Shown: positions 50,821-64,000 of the stretch, in pieces
Numbering within the stretch: the stretch's first letter is position 1
How the letters are laid out: every line of letters starts with the position of its first letter
NCBI RefSeq assembly: GCF_009834535.1
Contig: NC_045697.1
Coordinates: 50,036,001-50,100,000 of the forward strand
Reading direction: 5' to 3'
Length of the DNA: 64,000 nt
From: Camelus ferus
Lineage: Eukaryota
The notes under the pieces: generated by a model
What the model saw: only the letters and a program-made list of their open reading frames with translations
Told to the model about the DNA's origin: nothing
Database searches by the model: none
Translations under genes and position numbers: made by a program

Positions 50821-51554
50821 GGAAAATCTTTGACGTACATTTAAAAATTATTTTGAAATCTAAAGTACAAGGAGAAATGTTAATGCCTGCCGCAGTTATT
50901 TCTTCACACACACGGTTATGTGATTTGGACTCTGCCCCTGGGTACTTCTACTCCCGTTACATCTGAGCTGCAGGGGAAAGTTCTAAACTGTCTCTGACAG
51001 CTCCTTCCCCACCTCCCTCTTTCCCAAGGGCAAGAATGCAGCAGCCTCAAGATCCTGATATATTTTGCCTTGTTTTCATTTCTCTTCCCAAGCTGCACTG
51101 CAAAAATGTCTCCCTGAGTTCTGCTATTTGCTTCCTCACATCTCTTTGGGTCTCCCTTCTTAACTCTAATTTCCTTTTTAAATTTTTTTTTAAATATTAA
51201 TGGTAAAAAAGATTAAAGGCAACTATGTAATATGGGAAAAAGAGTAAATTTGGAACTTTGCCAAGAAATATTTGCATGAACAAAGGCAGTTTTACAAGGG
51301 CATGATGAAACATGATTGTTTCCCTGATTTAAATAAACTTGTTTGAAGCTGTGTGAGCTCTTTGAGGACACTAAACCACATGTCACTAATTTTTATTTTA
51401 ATTAAGGAGGAAGCCCTTAAAAGATTTCAGGAAGGAAGAAACTGGCCTCTTGGAGGTGATGAACTTAATAAAAGTTCTTATTTAAACAAGTCTAAAACTC
51501 CAGAAGTCATATTTTTAGAAATGGAGAAAGAAACAGGAGAAATTAATTTTAATG

Positions 51555-51780
51555 CTGTGCTTTGTTTAACTTGATATACCTAAAACATTTATCATTTCAA
51601 CATGTAATGAACAGCAAAATATTCATAGGATATTTTACATTCTTTATCTTATTCTAAGCCTTCAAAATCCAGGGTTGATTCTATACTTATATAATGTCTC
51701 AATTCAGACTAAGCACATTATGAATACTCAATAACCAAACATGGCCAGCAGCTATTGTAATGATCAGTGCAGCTACAGAG
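51555..51780. mobile_element. hAT-Charlie MITE (MER33-like) fragment
   Basis: tttaacttgatatacctaaaacatttatcatttcaacatgtaat ... tctcaattcagactaagcacatt. Confidence 0.7.
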
Positions 51781-51869
51781 CACTGGGCTCAGTCTCTTGC
51801 CTCATGGATGTGTTCTATAAAAGTACAGAGCAAATGCTGGTGGGACTTTCTTAACTGACAGTGGGGTAG

Positions 51870-52075
51870 TTGGAAACCTAAGACTTGCTAACTGCATGTT
51901 CTCTAACCCTCATTAACCTCTCTAACTCTCAGTTTCTCTTTCTATGAAATGAAGAAGATGGTAATAATAATGACACTCTACTTCAAAGGATTATTGTAAG
52001 GATTAAATGCATGGAGAACATTTAGAACAGACCCTAGACAGAGCAGAGTCTTAATAAATGTTTCCTATTATATTT
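51870..52075 (+). mobile_element. MIR SINE
   Basis: ttaacctctctaactctcagtttctctttctatgaaatgaag ... ggattattgtaaggattaaatg. Confidence 0.75.
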
Positions 52076-52220
52076 GGCAGGAATGGCTATGATGATGATA
52101 AAAATGAGTATCAATAGTAAAATCTTCCCAGTTGTCAGTGTAGTGTTAGAGACTCCTTACCACTCAGAGGCATTGACAATGCTGCTTGTCCCTAGAAGTC
52201 TACTTCTGCATAGTTTAGAG

Positions 52221-53308
52221 CAGCATTTATCAAACATTTTGGTCCCAGGGCTCCTTTACCCTCCTAAAAGTAAGAACTCTAAAAACCATTTGTTTATGCG
52301 GAAGGAACACTTTAAGGGCCCTTTCAGATAATTGTGGGTTTTGTTCTTTTATGTTTCACCTAAACTCAATAAACAGTAGTTTCTCAAAGTTAGCAGCAAA
52401 GTGGAATCTGAAAGCATCTCAGTAAGATTTTCATATTCTCTTCTATTCAAATTGATTGGTCTATCTTGCACTTTGAATGTGTCTCTTACCCACATGTGTT
52501 TTGTAACATCGTGCATTGGTCTTATAGAAAATATTGGTTCACTGATTTATGAAGATCTTCCAAATTTTAGCATATTTCATTATACAGTATCAAAAATAAT
52601 ATCTTCACTTACGTCATCAGAGAAATCTTTAAATATTGTGAAACTGTCAAGTCAATAATGGAGGATACAAGTTTGACAAAATTTTAATTTTCACTTGAAA
52701 GCTTGACTCTTACTATTGACACCAGATACTGTTGTTTTCCTTGAAGTGACAGTCTAACTTCATGGAAAAAAAATGTCTTACAAATATCCAAGTCAGAATA
52801 AGCATAGTTTGTCTGTTAGTTTTTCTTTAAAGTATAAATTGTGTTCCATGAAAAAAGTGGTTGCTTCAGCTTGTGACTCAAATAATTACATAAGTGCATT
52901 TCCTTGAGACAATCACCTCCCTTTGGCAGGCAGCAAACATGATTTATGTTTTTTCCCTTTATTTACATAAAATATGTAAAAGATGCATATTCAAGATCAA
53001 GATTTATTAAAATTAATAATTTTTACTCTTCTTTAAGGAAATTCTTAAGTGAAACTTACTTTTTCCCCCTTTAAACTGGGCAGTATGGTGTTGAGGAATA
53101 CAATGAGTACTAGTAGAATTTGGTGCCAATTCTTCATTAATGCTGAGGCACCAGAAATTTTCCCACAATTGCTTTTGCATCATCAATGCAAAAGTTAAAA
53201 AAAAGGCCAAAAATTTTAAAATGTAAGTTGTATTTGAGTTTTGATTTTGTGGACCTCAAAGGATCTTGGGAACCCCTGAGTCTGTGGACCACACTTGGAG
53301 AATTGCTG
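52221..53308. mobile_element. hAT-Charlie1-like internally deleted DNA transposon
   Basis: Termini cagcatttatcaaac ... cttggagaattgctg. Flanks gtttagag / gtttagca (6/8 TSD). Internal Charlie1 motifs (gtggaatctgaaa, ggtctatcttgcactttgaatg). Confidence 0.8.
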
Positions 53309-53439
53309 GTTTAGCAAAACATCTTAGAAGACTGCTAAGAACATCGATGATTTTAACTTCCCAGAGCAGTCCTTTCTTCAGAGAAATGCTCTTTTCCCTT
53401 CTCAAATCAAGAGGTTCCAGTGGGGGTTGCATCTTCTCA

Positions 53440-53816
53440 CGGAGCCTGCCTCTTTTGCTGCAGTGATCTACTCAGTGCACTTTCCCAGGATTTTCAAACT
53501 TGGGACCAGAAAATATCACTCATAGTTGCTCTCTGAAATGAAGTTATGGAGTTCCAGTACTCTGGTGGACCACTCCAGCATGTGGAAGAAACTGGTCTGA
53601 ATTAAGATACAGAAACCTGATTCTCAAAGAAAACTAGAAATGGAAGAAAAGAAGCCTGGTGATATTTTAGTCCCTAGTCACACTTGTCTCTGAGATGTAT
53701 CTGTATCCTTGTCCTTCCTCCCACTCTGTGAGCTTTTTGATAAACTTCCCCTTTTTGTCAAGCTAGTTCAAATTGGGTTTCTGCCTTCTGCAACCAAAAG
53801 CAATTGACTAATGCAA
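53440..53816 (+). mobile_element. Old MaLR LTR (MLT1I/J-like)
   Basis: 3' end gataaacttcccctttttgtcaagctagttcaaattgggtttctgccttctgcaaccaaaagcaattgactaatgca. Confidence 0.65.
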
Positions 53817-55019
53817 AGGTCAGCAGAAGTTAATTTCCAGAGCCATTCAGTGTTCAATAATAGTGACTGAAGACAGATTTTCCTAGCCAGAAAAATTTAA
53901 TTATCAGCTCTGAGCTAAAAATAATTATAATAAAACCATACCATTGCTATGTTATTGAACTGATGTGTGGTACAGTAAGTCAGGGTTCAGCTTGTATTTC
54001 TGAAAAATTCATGTAACTGAAAATGGTTAAGCCCATGAAAGCAAGTGAACCACATCATTCACACTAAATGTTTAATAGTACATGATAAATTCCAATAACT
54101 TCCACAAATAATTGTAATGAAAAATACAGTCAATAACCTGGGCTTTAAATTCTTACATTTTCACAATATTTATAAATTTGTCCACCTAGGCTTTTTTTTT
54201 TTTTCCTGCTCTACACATATTTTTTACCACCATCAATTGTAAAACATCTTAGTAGATTCCGCCTTATGTTGTACTGCATTCATGTTTCCTTAGGTTCCTT
54301 GAAAATATTCTTGACTGTAGTTTTACTCTATTTATAGAGGTGAAATTTTCAGTCATTTCAAATTTGGTATTGAATCCTTAAATAACCACATATGAACCAG
54401 TATTGATAACATCTGTTGACTCATCAAGAGCTAAAGAAAACCATTAGAAATAATATTTTTGTTGCTGTTTTTAAGTTGACTATTGATGCTGCTTCTAATT
54501 TCCTCAACTCTTTGAGCACGTGGTCTCACAGAAAGCTTAATGGTCCAAACAATTTCATTTTCCATGGAAACCATTTTGTTTTTGGCTGCTGCAATCAAAT
54601 TCAATTTAATTAACTCACAATTGGTAAATAATTTCTCTTGCTTTACTAGTGAATGAGTCATTGGGAAGGTTACTTTGGGTGCAGCTTCATATTGATTTTT
54701 AATTTTCATGGGAAAATTCTGATCTAATGAGATATTTGTTTTAAATTTTCTATTTTTTCTGACTGTTTGGAATATTGTGCATTGGCAAGAGTGTGGATAA
54801 TTATTTAATTTGATGATATTGACATATAATATACTTTTTTAGCATAGCAATAGCATAATTCACATCCATTGTGTCTTAAAATTGTGATACTTGGAGTCTG
54901 CTTTTCATTTTTATTTTTGTTTCTTTGGACATGATGGGTACACACACACACCAATGTATGTGACACTAGGTATGCTGCAAAGCTATGACTGCATCACTAT
55001 TATTTATAGTGCACTAAGC

Positions 55020-55305
55020 AGCAGTGTGAAGCCATAAGAGTGCCACATGCAGCTTCTGTCACAGCTAGTCAACGCTGCACCGCTGCTGTAGTGTGGAAGT
55101 AGCTGTAGGCAATGTGTAAACAAATAAATGTATTTTGTAGCTGTGTTCCAGTGAAACTTTAGTTATAGACTCTGAAATTTGAATTTCATATAATTTTCAT
55201 GTGTTAAGAAATATTCTTCTTTTGAATTTTTTCAAACTTTCTGAGCTCACAGGCAGTACAAAAACAGATTTGACTTCTTGACTATAGTTTGTCAATCCTT
55301 GCTCT
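55020..55305. mobile_element. MER58B-like hAT MITE
   Basis: gctgtgttccagtgaaactttagttatagactctgaaatttgaatttcatataattttcatgtg ... tagtttgtcaatccttg. Confidence 0.8.
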
Positions 55306-56066
55306 AGAGAAGATTTGACTTGATTATGCTAGTTTGGCTCAAACTCATATCAATTTCAAATTATTAGCATGGTATTTCCTGAACTAAGTAATGTATATTG
55401 AAACCAAATCCATATGAGGTTAAGTCTATGGTTCTGTCTCATGGAGGAGACTATTTTCCTTATTATTATTAATTATTATTATTATTTCACATGATGCTGA
55501 GTGAAGGCCCTGATAGACATATTATCTTTTGGGTCTCCCTTTACCATCAGACATATTTTTTTTTTCCTAGCTTACACTTTTTATTTAGTTTGTAGTCATC
55601 CTTCAAGAGCCTTCTCTTTATGCAAGAAATCTAATCCCATTACTCTAAGGCATACAAGTCAAGTCCTTATCTCCTGTTTCCCATGTGGCCATTAAACCTA
55701 GGGCATCTACAGCTTTAAGAACTGCTGATCACTATAATTACAGCTTTGTTCTCTCTTTGGGGAAAGGGAGATAAGGTATTTCCTTTGCTTTCTTGTGAGT
55801 CCCATTATGTATTTTTAAAATGTTTATAGTGGTTTAGCTAATATTTTAAAAGTATCTTATATCAAGAGGTGGTATTTTAGGATAACTAGACCTACATACA
55901 CACAGATTTCAAAATCCCTTGTATTTTCTTAGTCTTCCCCTTCACTTTTCTTTTCTTTTTTTTTCTTCCTTTACTTTCTCTAATTCAATTTCTATTTTAA
56001 GCCTCCTATCTCATTAGGCTGGTGGAAAACTTTAATCCTAGTCACGGTGATTTCCCCACAACTTTA

Positions 56067-56071
<5 letters not shown>

Positions 56072-56104
<33 letters not shown>
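56072..56104. repeat. Poly(T) tract, 33 nt
   Basis: Seen directly. Confidence 0.95.
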
Positions 56105-56107
<3 letters not shown>

Positions 56108-56661
56108 ATAGTTCCAGAACTTTATGCAATGCTAAAATTTGGAGTGAGGTGAGAGCATCTGGTTCTTGAATCATATGTCTATTTTGAAACCCAAAATACT
56201 GTTCAGAATCAGTCATTCTGTTTAACATGGCTCTTCAAATCCAGGGGCTCTCCGCCAGGATAGGGGTGTAGGAAATTTTGTGAGTCTGCTTAGATTCCCA
56301 CAAAGATAGTCATTTCATTAATGAAGTCTTTCCAATTCTCCATTGGCTTTGCCTAGAAGTCCCCTCAGACTCTGAGGCCTCACTGTTCTTATTATTCAAC
56401 CTATTTCATAAAGTTTTGGTAATTTCTTCTTGTTTTAGGGAGATCATTTGCTTTCATGATTCTGGCCTAGATACTTTGTGTATACCATAACCTGCTCCCA
56501 GCTTTAGGGATTAGGTCTTTGGAAACCAAGGCATGGAAGATTACAAAGCTACTTCTGAGTTTTGCTCTGCCATAGTCCTTCCCTTCCTGTCTTCTCCCTA
56601 CCCAGCTGGCAGTGAAAACTGGATTGACTGTTGGTTTGAATAGGGGCAAGAAAAGAAAGTA

Positions 56662-56712
56662 TAGTGGTAGTAGTAGTAATAATAATAACAACAACAACAA
56701 CAATAATAATAA
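56662..56712. repeat. Compound trinucleotide microsatellite (TAG)n(TAA)n(CAA)n(TAA)n
   Basis: tagtggtagtagtagtaataataataacaacaacaacaacaataataataa. Confidence 0.9.
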
Positions 56713-58292
56713 AAGATTAATAGTTTAAAAAATACTGTCCTGCCACATGTTTGAAAGGTGATGATAGTAGTTCTGACAAAAGTCTATGGTGGTTGGAATA
56801 GGGTAGTGATAGTCAAGATGGAGAGACAAAAACAGATTTGAAATATGCTTTGGAGGCAAAAGCAAGACTACTAACATGATATGGGGTTGAGGAAGAGGCT
56901 GGAATCAAGTATGCCTTCCAGATTTCTGCTGGGCCAACATGTGGCCCCATTTACTAGCTATGGAAATCTGAAGAAATAAAGAATTTTAAGAAATTTCTTA
57001 TATCCATTTTTCTACTTGAATATAGAATCATACTTCAGTTGTCTGTTGAAGACAATGAATAGTTAAAGACGTAAAGAACTAGTCCTTACTGCTACCTTCT
57101 ACTGTCTCTAGTCCTCCACAAAGTTGTCTTGACAACTCAGTTTATGTTTGAATTGAGGCATATTTTGAAATGGATAAAAGAGAATACTGAATAAACTTTA
57201 ATTGGAGAGGCCCCAGATGTACACTTTTGTTTGTCTTGACTATTTTACAGCTTTGTAGAATTGTAAAAATCTATAGAAAACTCAAATAATATAAATAATT
57301 TTAGTCCATAGAAATATAAATTTTGACCAGTGGAGTGAAATTTACTGTCACTTTGTGAATATTGACCAGTTTTGCCAATTTTGCATCCATTTATAAATTC
57401 ATCTTATTATTTCTTATCTGCTTAAAATGTATGGTATTTTGAATTCCTTTAATCAGTTGTAACATCTTACTGATTTCCTCATTTACTAAGGAGTTAAATA
57501 AAATCTTTTATGTGTATTCATCTTATGAGTCATGATTTTTTTAAAATTATTTTTAGCAAGTTAATCATAACTTATGATATTTCATTGCTTTAGCCTAAAT
57601 TCTTTTTGAATAATAGAATTGTTATAATAATTATTGATATAATTAATAATTATATTGAGGTTGAGTAAAAACCTTGGTGATTTTATTTTCTATTTTCTTC
57701 ATTTTACAGATGAGGAAACTGTAGCACAAAGAAGTTAAGTGATTAGGTCCCAAACTGTAATTAATCAGTTTCAGAGAGAAACTTTAACCCAGTTCAAACA
57801 ACTTCCAGTTCAGTATTCTTTTCATTCTTCTTGTCTTCATGAATATAGGCAATCCATAAGGAAGTTGTAGACAAGTTGCTTCAGAAGAATAAGATATAAT
57901 CTCCTTATATGATTACAAGAAAAAAATCATATATTTGGAAAGCACAAAAGTTTAAGGCTGAGAAAAAAAACTTGATCAAATATACATTTATATTACATAG
58001 GATGTAAGTAATACATTTTCATTGTATGTTATGCTTACTGCTAACATGGTTAATACCACTGGCTTGGAAATTTATGTCTCTTTCCTTATGGATTCTGTCA
58101 GTGTGATTTTTTTGGGGGTAGGGGCATTGTTTTGAGTATGAAAATATTATTCTATTTACTGAAGTTACAAGTGCTGAGACTTATATTTTCAGCTTACAAA
58201 TTTTGTTCTGTATATTATGTAGTCAAATTTTATATATCATTTTTAAAGTTTGGATAATAGCCTCCTATACAAAGCAAGTTAAACATCATAAG

Positions 58293-58461
58293 TTTTTTTT
58301 TTTCTTTTTTTAAAATTAAGTATAGTTGATTTACAATGTTGTATTAGTTTCTGCTGTATAGTAAAGTGATTCAATTATATATATGTATTCTTTTTCATAT
58401 CTTTTCCATTCCATCATAGTTTATTACAAAATATTGAAGAATATAGTTCCCTGTGCTATAT
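58293..58461 (-). mobile_element. Short cetartiodactyl-type L1 3' end
   Basis: Poly(T) then aagtatagttgatttacaatgttgtattagtttctgctgtatag ... atagttccctgtgctata. Confidence 0.85.
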
Positions 58462-61149
58462 AACTTCTTAAGACATTTTAAATTGCAATTATAAATTTAA
58501 TATTTTAATTTCTCTTTTAGGTGTTTCTGTTGTCAGACTTAATAAACAAAACCTCTCTGAATTCTTGAATATTCTTTTAAATCTAATAAATTAAATATGC
58601 AAATACTAGTGACTCAAGTTCTTTTAAGTACTCTGACAATACATAAACTAAGATATTTTCTTCTTAAAATCACCATATAAATTACATATTTTTGTACTTT
58701 AAAATAGAATTATGAAATGACTATGCTAATAGGCCAAATTCTCTGAAAGAGTAGAAGTACAGAAAATGTAAAAGATGTAGAGATTCCTAAGCCACAATTA
58801 TTATTATAATGGGCTTATTTAAGATATAATTCTCTGAAATATTTAAAACTTAATTCTAAATCTTCCTGGGTTTAAAATATGCTTAACAACTGCATAAACA
58901 TTTATAAGATCCTGAGACATTTTAAATATCTTCTTCCATACGTAACAATTAAGGTTATTAGTTGAGGTGATGACTGGATTTTTGTTTGCAATGCCAATTA
59001 TTAGAAGGACTTCATAATGTAAAGTGTTTTGTCTCCTAGTCCATGTAGTCCACTCCCTTCCTTTTATGGAAATCTTTGTTCCCATCTGCATGGCTTGACT
59101 GAATATGGCATTTCTTTGGCTCTTAACATAGTTATAAATCCTTTGAACTTGGCAGACCTTCTTTCATGTTTCTATTTGGTAGAACCCTACAACTCTCAAA
59201 GCTGTAAAAATGACATCCAGTGGAATCCTGGAAATTTCGTGTCTTTGGGTAACTATTTGATCACAAATTCTAAAGTCTTTCTATTGTCAGGTTCTTAAGT
59301 TTCAAGCCACAGAAACTGATTCTAGCTAACTTAAGCAAAAAAAAAAAAAAAAAAGAGTTTATTTGAAGGAGATGGCTTGTTCACAGTAAAAGGAAAATTT
59401 CAATATTAGGCTTCAAGAATCAGCAATCATCCTGAGTAGCAGGAACTAAAGGACTTTTTCTTTAGCCAGCCCCTCAGGAGTTTCAAGGAGAATTCTTTCT
59501 ATCCATTTTTAGTTGTTAAGACTCTATACAAGAATTTAGGGCTTAGTTTATTACAAATCTTAGATGAATGAGTCAAGTGCTACCCCTTGTGCAGGGAAGT
59601 CCCCACATGAAAACAGTTGCTACTGCCTGAAAAGTTAAAAAACAAACAAACAAAACTAAAACAGAAAAACCAAATGAAAATGGTTCTATAGTCTTCTGGG
59701 GATAGAAATTGTTTGGATGGCTCTGAGTCCTTCCAAGCCAATGGAATTAGTCCCCTTGGGTAATCACTAAGAGGCCAGCAGTGTTGTAAACCTAATCTCA
59801 TTATTTAACCCAATTTTGATGCTATTGGCAACCTAAACAGGGCTCATGCTAGAAAGTAAACTTACAGCAGTGTAAGTTTTCTACTGAAAGTGACTCCCAT
59901 ATCACTCAATCCTTACATTTACAAGTCACTTGTCTGAAGGACAATAAGGCTACATAAATTATTGGGTCAACCCAACTGCCTTTGACTGAAGAGAATGTTA
60001 AATCTCCTCCCTAAGGCACAGGGGAGTGTGGCAAGTCACCATTGGCGGCATAAATAACTGCTTCTACACTGCATCAGCAACCATGGAGGTGAGAGCACAC
60101 TGATTACTCAGGAGAGCAGGAATAGTCATTATAGTAGCTACCATTGCAGAATCAGCATCACCTACTTTCAATGGTAAGCACTACACATTCTTCCTATTAA
60201 ATCAGTGGGACCTCACAAGAATATTATCTTGTACAAATATGGTTCTATTGATATTTGCATTAAAATAGGAATCTATTTTCCTATAGCACATCCAACTAAA
60301 ACTATGATCTTCGATAAATTTGTTTTGACTACTATTTCCAATTTTTTTGTTGATTCCACTTGATGTTGAGTATACATTTACTATTATTTAACTAATATTT
60401 TTTGCTTATAAAATAGCCAAAGAGATTAACCAATAATTTGCATCTTTAGATGTGGCAGAAGTTCACTAAAATCATTAGAGATCCTTGTATTAGTTCTTCT
60501 TGATACTTACATATATATATATACACACACAGATATAGTTTAAATAACATCCTATTTTACAGGTTATTTCAAAGCTATTTCTAGGTATGCAATCACTGTA
60601 CTTTAGGTTATAACACTGATAATTAAATAAAGGTAGATTTGGCCATTAGAGGAAAACTCTGACAGCCAAGGCAACATTGAAACACTTAGGTAATTTTTAT
60701 TATATATAAATATATTAAACAAATCTACAACAATAATACAAAAAAGCTACAATAGCTTTGGGGAAGCTAAAGAGAGCTTTGTGGATTTTACTCTTAATAA
60801 TTCAAAACATCAGTATGAGGAAGGCTTTATTCGGGCCATGATTTCACACATGAAATGAAGCAGGTTGTAAAATTAACTAGCAAGGTGCAGACCAGAGAAT
60901 TTTGGTTCCTATGTCTTTGGTAGGGAGGGTTGTTTTAGCTTAAATTACCTGCGTTAGCTGTGTACTAAAAATGTGAACTCTCTTTTTCATGTGTAGTATT
61001 GTCTCTGGGAGGAGGGGACCCAGACAAAAACTCTATTTCTCAGAATCTCCTCCTTGCTTCCAAATATGGAAAATGATCCTTTTGAATGGAGTATGTCCAG
61101 AAGTGACTGCTTTCCATCGCTTCTGTGTGCTTTCCAGGCTGGAACTTTA

Positions 61150-61320
61150 TTTTATTTTGCTTTGTTTTTTCTTTCAGTTTTATTGAGGTATAATTGACAT
61201 ATAGTACTATATAAGTTTAAGGTGTCCAGCATAATGATTTGACTTTCATACATCATGAAATGACTATCACAGTAAGTTTAGTGAACATTCACCATCTCAT
61301 ATAGATATAAAGTTAAACAA
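61150..61320 (-). mobile_element. L1MA-like 3' end fragment
   Basis: ttttattgaggtataattgacatatagtactatataagtttaaggtgtccagcataatgatttga. Confidence 0.8.
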
Positions 61321-62539
61321 ATAGGGACAAGAAAAAAACAAAGAACACGATGTGTAAAAGCCCCTTAAGAAAAATGTATGGCATTTAGTAACCAAAAGAG
61401 GATAATGGCTAATAGATTATTTCATTTATTGTATTATTTTATAGACAAACGAAAGTACTAAGAGTTGTTTGACATGACGGTTCTTTCAAGTTGAACATTG
61501 ATTTCATCCCTATCTGAAATGTGAAGCTAATGAGAGTAGTTAGGATGACCTGATTAGCTATGTCTTTCTTTTGTAAGCTGTCCTGTCATTGTATTAGACT
61601 AGGAACAAGCCAGCTAATTATGAACAGACTTTTAGCAGTTGTGCTTCACTGACGTGGCAATGATACGTCTCTGAGTCCATGGCAGTATCTCTTTTAAATA
61701 TTTTGTCCTATTATATTTCATGAAAATATATCTACAAATCAGAACCAAAATTACTCAGACCATCCTTGATCTCAGTTTATTTTTTTTCTTCCTTCCGTTT
61801 TCCCTTCTCCTCATTCTCTTTCTTCTGAAAGATAATTATTATATTTCTTTGGGTAAAAATTACTATTGGCAAAGAATATGTGGTACATCTATAGGAACTC
61901 GTGAAGAACAAAACCGGGTTACAATCAATTATGGAAGCCCCTATGTCACCTGGCATCTTGGAGCCTTGAATAATTGTGCACTTTAAATACTTATCATATC
62001 AAAAATACTCCTTGAGTTCTCTCCCTAACCCTCTTCTGGCTGTTGAGTTCCTCACGTATGAAACAGGTATAGAACTCAAGGGGAAAGCAAATCAATTTGG
62101 ACGTCTGTGCTGAATTACATTATAGTTTTGAAATCTGTAAGAGCACAGAGCAGCTGAAATATTTGTCTCCTAAAAGAGTCAAGGTAAGTTTCATTAGAGG
62201 TGGATTAGATTTAGCTGATCCAGAGAAACCAGTTGAATACCTGTTAGCCTGAGAAAGAATTACTCACTAGAGACATCTCCTCTATTTCTTTCTGGTTCTA
62301 TTTGCATAACCAAAACAAAGGTTATAATAGCTAATAGTGATTATATTCCTATTATGGTCCAAATCCTGTTAAATTTATTTTCTCCAACAAAGCATGTTGT
62401 TTAGACAGCATTATTTTGCCAGCCTTGATCAGGAATAGGCCAGGGTCAGTGACTGGATAAGAAGATTTGTTGCTCTAATTACTACTTTCTGACAAGATGA
62501 TTATTTTCTATCAAATTAAAAGTGGACTGTTTGGTTTTT

Positions 62540-62670
62540 ATTATTTCCATTTTATAGATGAGGAAACTAAAGCTTGGAAAGGTTAAACAACTCTCCCCCA
62601 AATCACACATCTAATGAGTGACAGAGCCCAGAAATTTCCTAATTCCTACTCTCCCCTTCAGCAGTGCTGC
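62540..62670 (-). mobile_element. MIR SINE
   Basis: ttattatttccattttatagatgaggaaactaaagcttggaaaggttaaacaact. Confidence 0.8.
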
Positions 62671-62934
62671 TTCCTAAAGCTGCTTTTATCTTACCAGAAT
62701 CTCACTTAGTATTTGTAAAAAGAAAATGATAATAGCCCTCTTACCAGATTATTCTTTGGAATAAAGAGGTAATAATTTTAAATGGGCCCAGCACATAGTA
62801 GGCACTCAATAAATATTATTAATAGATAACATTGGAAGAGTTTACCTTTTTAAAGTGCTTAGAACTGTGCCTGGCACATATTAAACTTTATAGAAAGGTG
62901 AGCTATTAATCAAACTTTGAAGGGCAAAAGAGGA

Positions 62935-63393
62935 ATATACTAGAAGTCTTTGTCAGAACAATAAGATAAGAAAAGGAATAAACAGCATCAGAATCAGAAA
63001 GGAAGAAGTAAAATTATCTTAATTTGCAGATGACATGATTTTATATATAGAAAGTCCTAAAGATTCCTCCAAAAATCTGTTAGATATAATCAACTAATTT
63101 GGTAGTTGCAGGATACAAAATTAATTTACAAAAAGTTAGCAACATTTCTATACACTAACAACGAATTACCTGAAAAAGAAATGAAACAATCCATTTACAA
63201 TAGTATCATAGACTCTAAAATACTTAGTTATAAATTTAACCAAGGAGGTGAAAGAGCTCTAAACTAAAAACCATAAGATTCTGATGAAAGAACTTGAGGA
63301 AGACTTAAGTAAATGGAATGATATCCCATGTTCATGGATTGGAATGATTTATATTATTAAAATGCCCATACTACACAAAGCCATCTATAGATT
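62935..63393 (+). mobile_element. L1 ORF2 reverse-transcriptase fragment (disrupted)
   Basis: tttgcagatgacatgatt at 63023 encodes FADDMI, the L1 RT catalytic motif. Downstream ggatacaaaattaat and atcccatgttcatggattgga motifs are present. The frame is broken by stops and indels. Confidence 0.9.
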
Positions 63394-64000
63394 TGTCAGA
63401 CCTGCATTCAGAGGTAGACAATCAGCAGGTTAGACACCCAAGACACGAAGTACATAAGCATTACTTTTGTCTGACTGCTGCCAGCTTTCACTGGGTCATC
63501 TGAGTCTGAATTTTCTGCTCTTCCAGGAAAAACTCCTGTTTCTTATACATACTCTCATTATCATCACTATTCATGCTACTCTATCTGTAACTGGCAAAAT
63601 TCACCAAGGATGACTTGGGCCTTCAATAACCACTGTTAGGAATATTTGACATGAACAAAATTGTTCATTTAAGAGGCACCTTGGAAAACAGTAAGATTTT
63701 GCAGGCCCAATGGGCAGTATTTTTAATTTTTATACAGAGTCTTCAAACTCAAATTCTTTTTAAAAAATGAAGTCTTTTAAAAAATAAATTGTCTCCAGGT
63801 TAATCATGAACTTATAACCCTAAAATCTACCAATTAGAGCACTGAATCCTCTGAAGACTCAGTTTACATTCCTCTCACATGTTCAGTTACAGGTCACAAA
63901 GGCTGTCATCTCCAAAATCCTTGCTGAAGACTCATTCATCCTCCACATGCTTTGTTCCCATGGTGAGCATTATTCTTTGCCCTGAACATACACTTTATAG

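Noticed and set aside
56467..56703. ORF beginning with poly-Leu, resembling a signal peptide
   Set aside because: It is the translation of the compound trinucleotide microsatellite, with a non-ATG start.
62935..63393. Active reverse transcriptase gene
   Set aside because: Short L1 ORF2 fragment with stops and indels around the FADD motif.

Overview
Mammalian genomic DNA, very probably from a camelid: it has a Vic-1-type tRNA-derived SINE and cetartiodactyl-type L1 3' ends. The only protein-coding sequence I can support is the 43-nt first coding exon of PARM1 (prostate androgen-regulated mucin-like protein 1). It lies on the minus strand at 47136-47178 (MVCKTLFALCIFTA-G), inside a CpG island at about 46.3-47.6 kb. 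Positions 1-47135 are PARM1 intron 1, and exon 2 is not in the window. Positions above about 47.5 kb are upstream/intergenic. The rest is typical eutherian repeat landscape (L1, L2, MIR, MaLR/ERV1 solo LTRs, hAT and Tigger DNA transposons), several elements with clear target-site duplications. The other listed ORFs look like chance or repeat-derived frames. I found no evidence of a new multi-gene system. The most notable unexplained structures are: (1) a diverged inverted duplication of about 260 bp with a 1.1-kb spacer in intron 1; (2) a perfect 78-bp tandem duplication joined through a 28-bp perfect palindrome; (3) a near-consensus androgen/glucocorticoid response element with nearby forkhead sites; (4) a strong-context candidate uORF before the PARM1 start; (5) a twin-primed L1; (6) a MER53 copy retaining a miR-1302-like seed. 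Repeat family names and reference sequences are recalled from memory, not from database searches, and repeat boundaries without TSDs are approximate.
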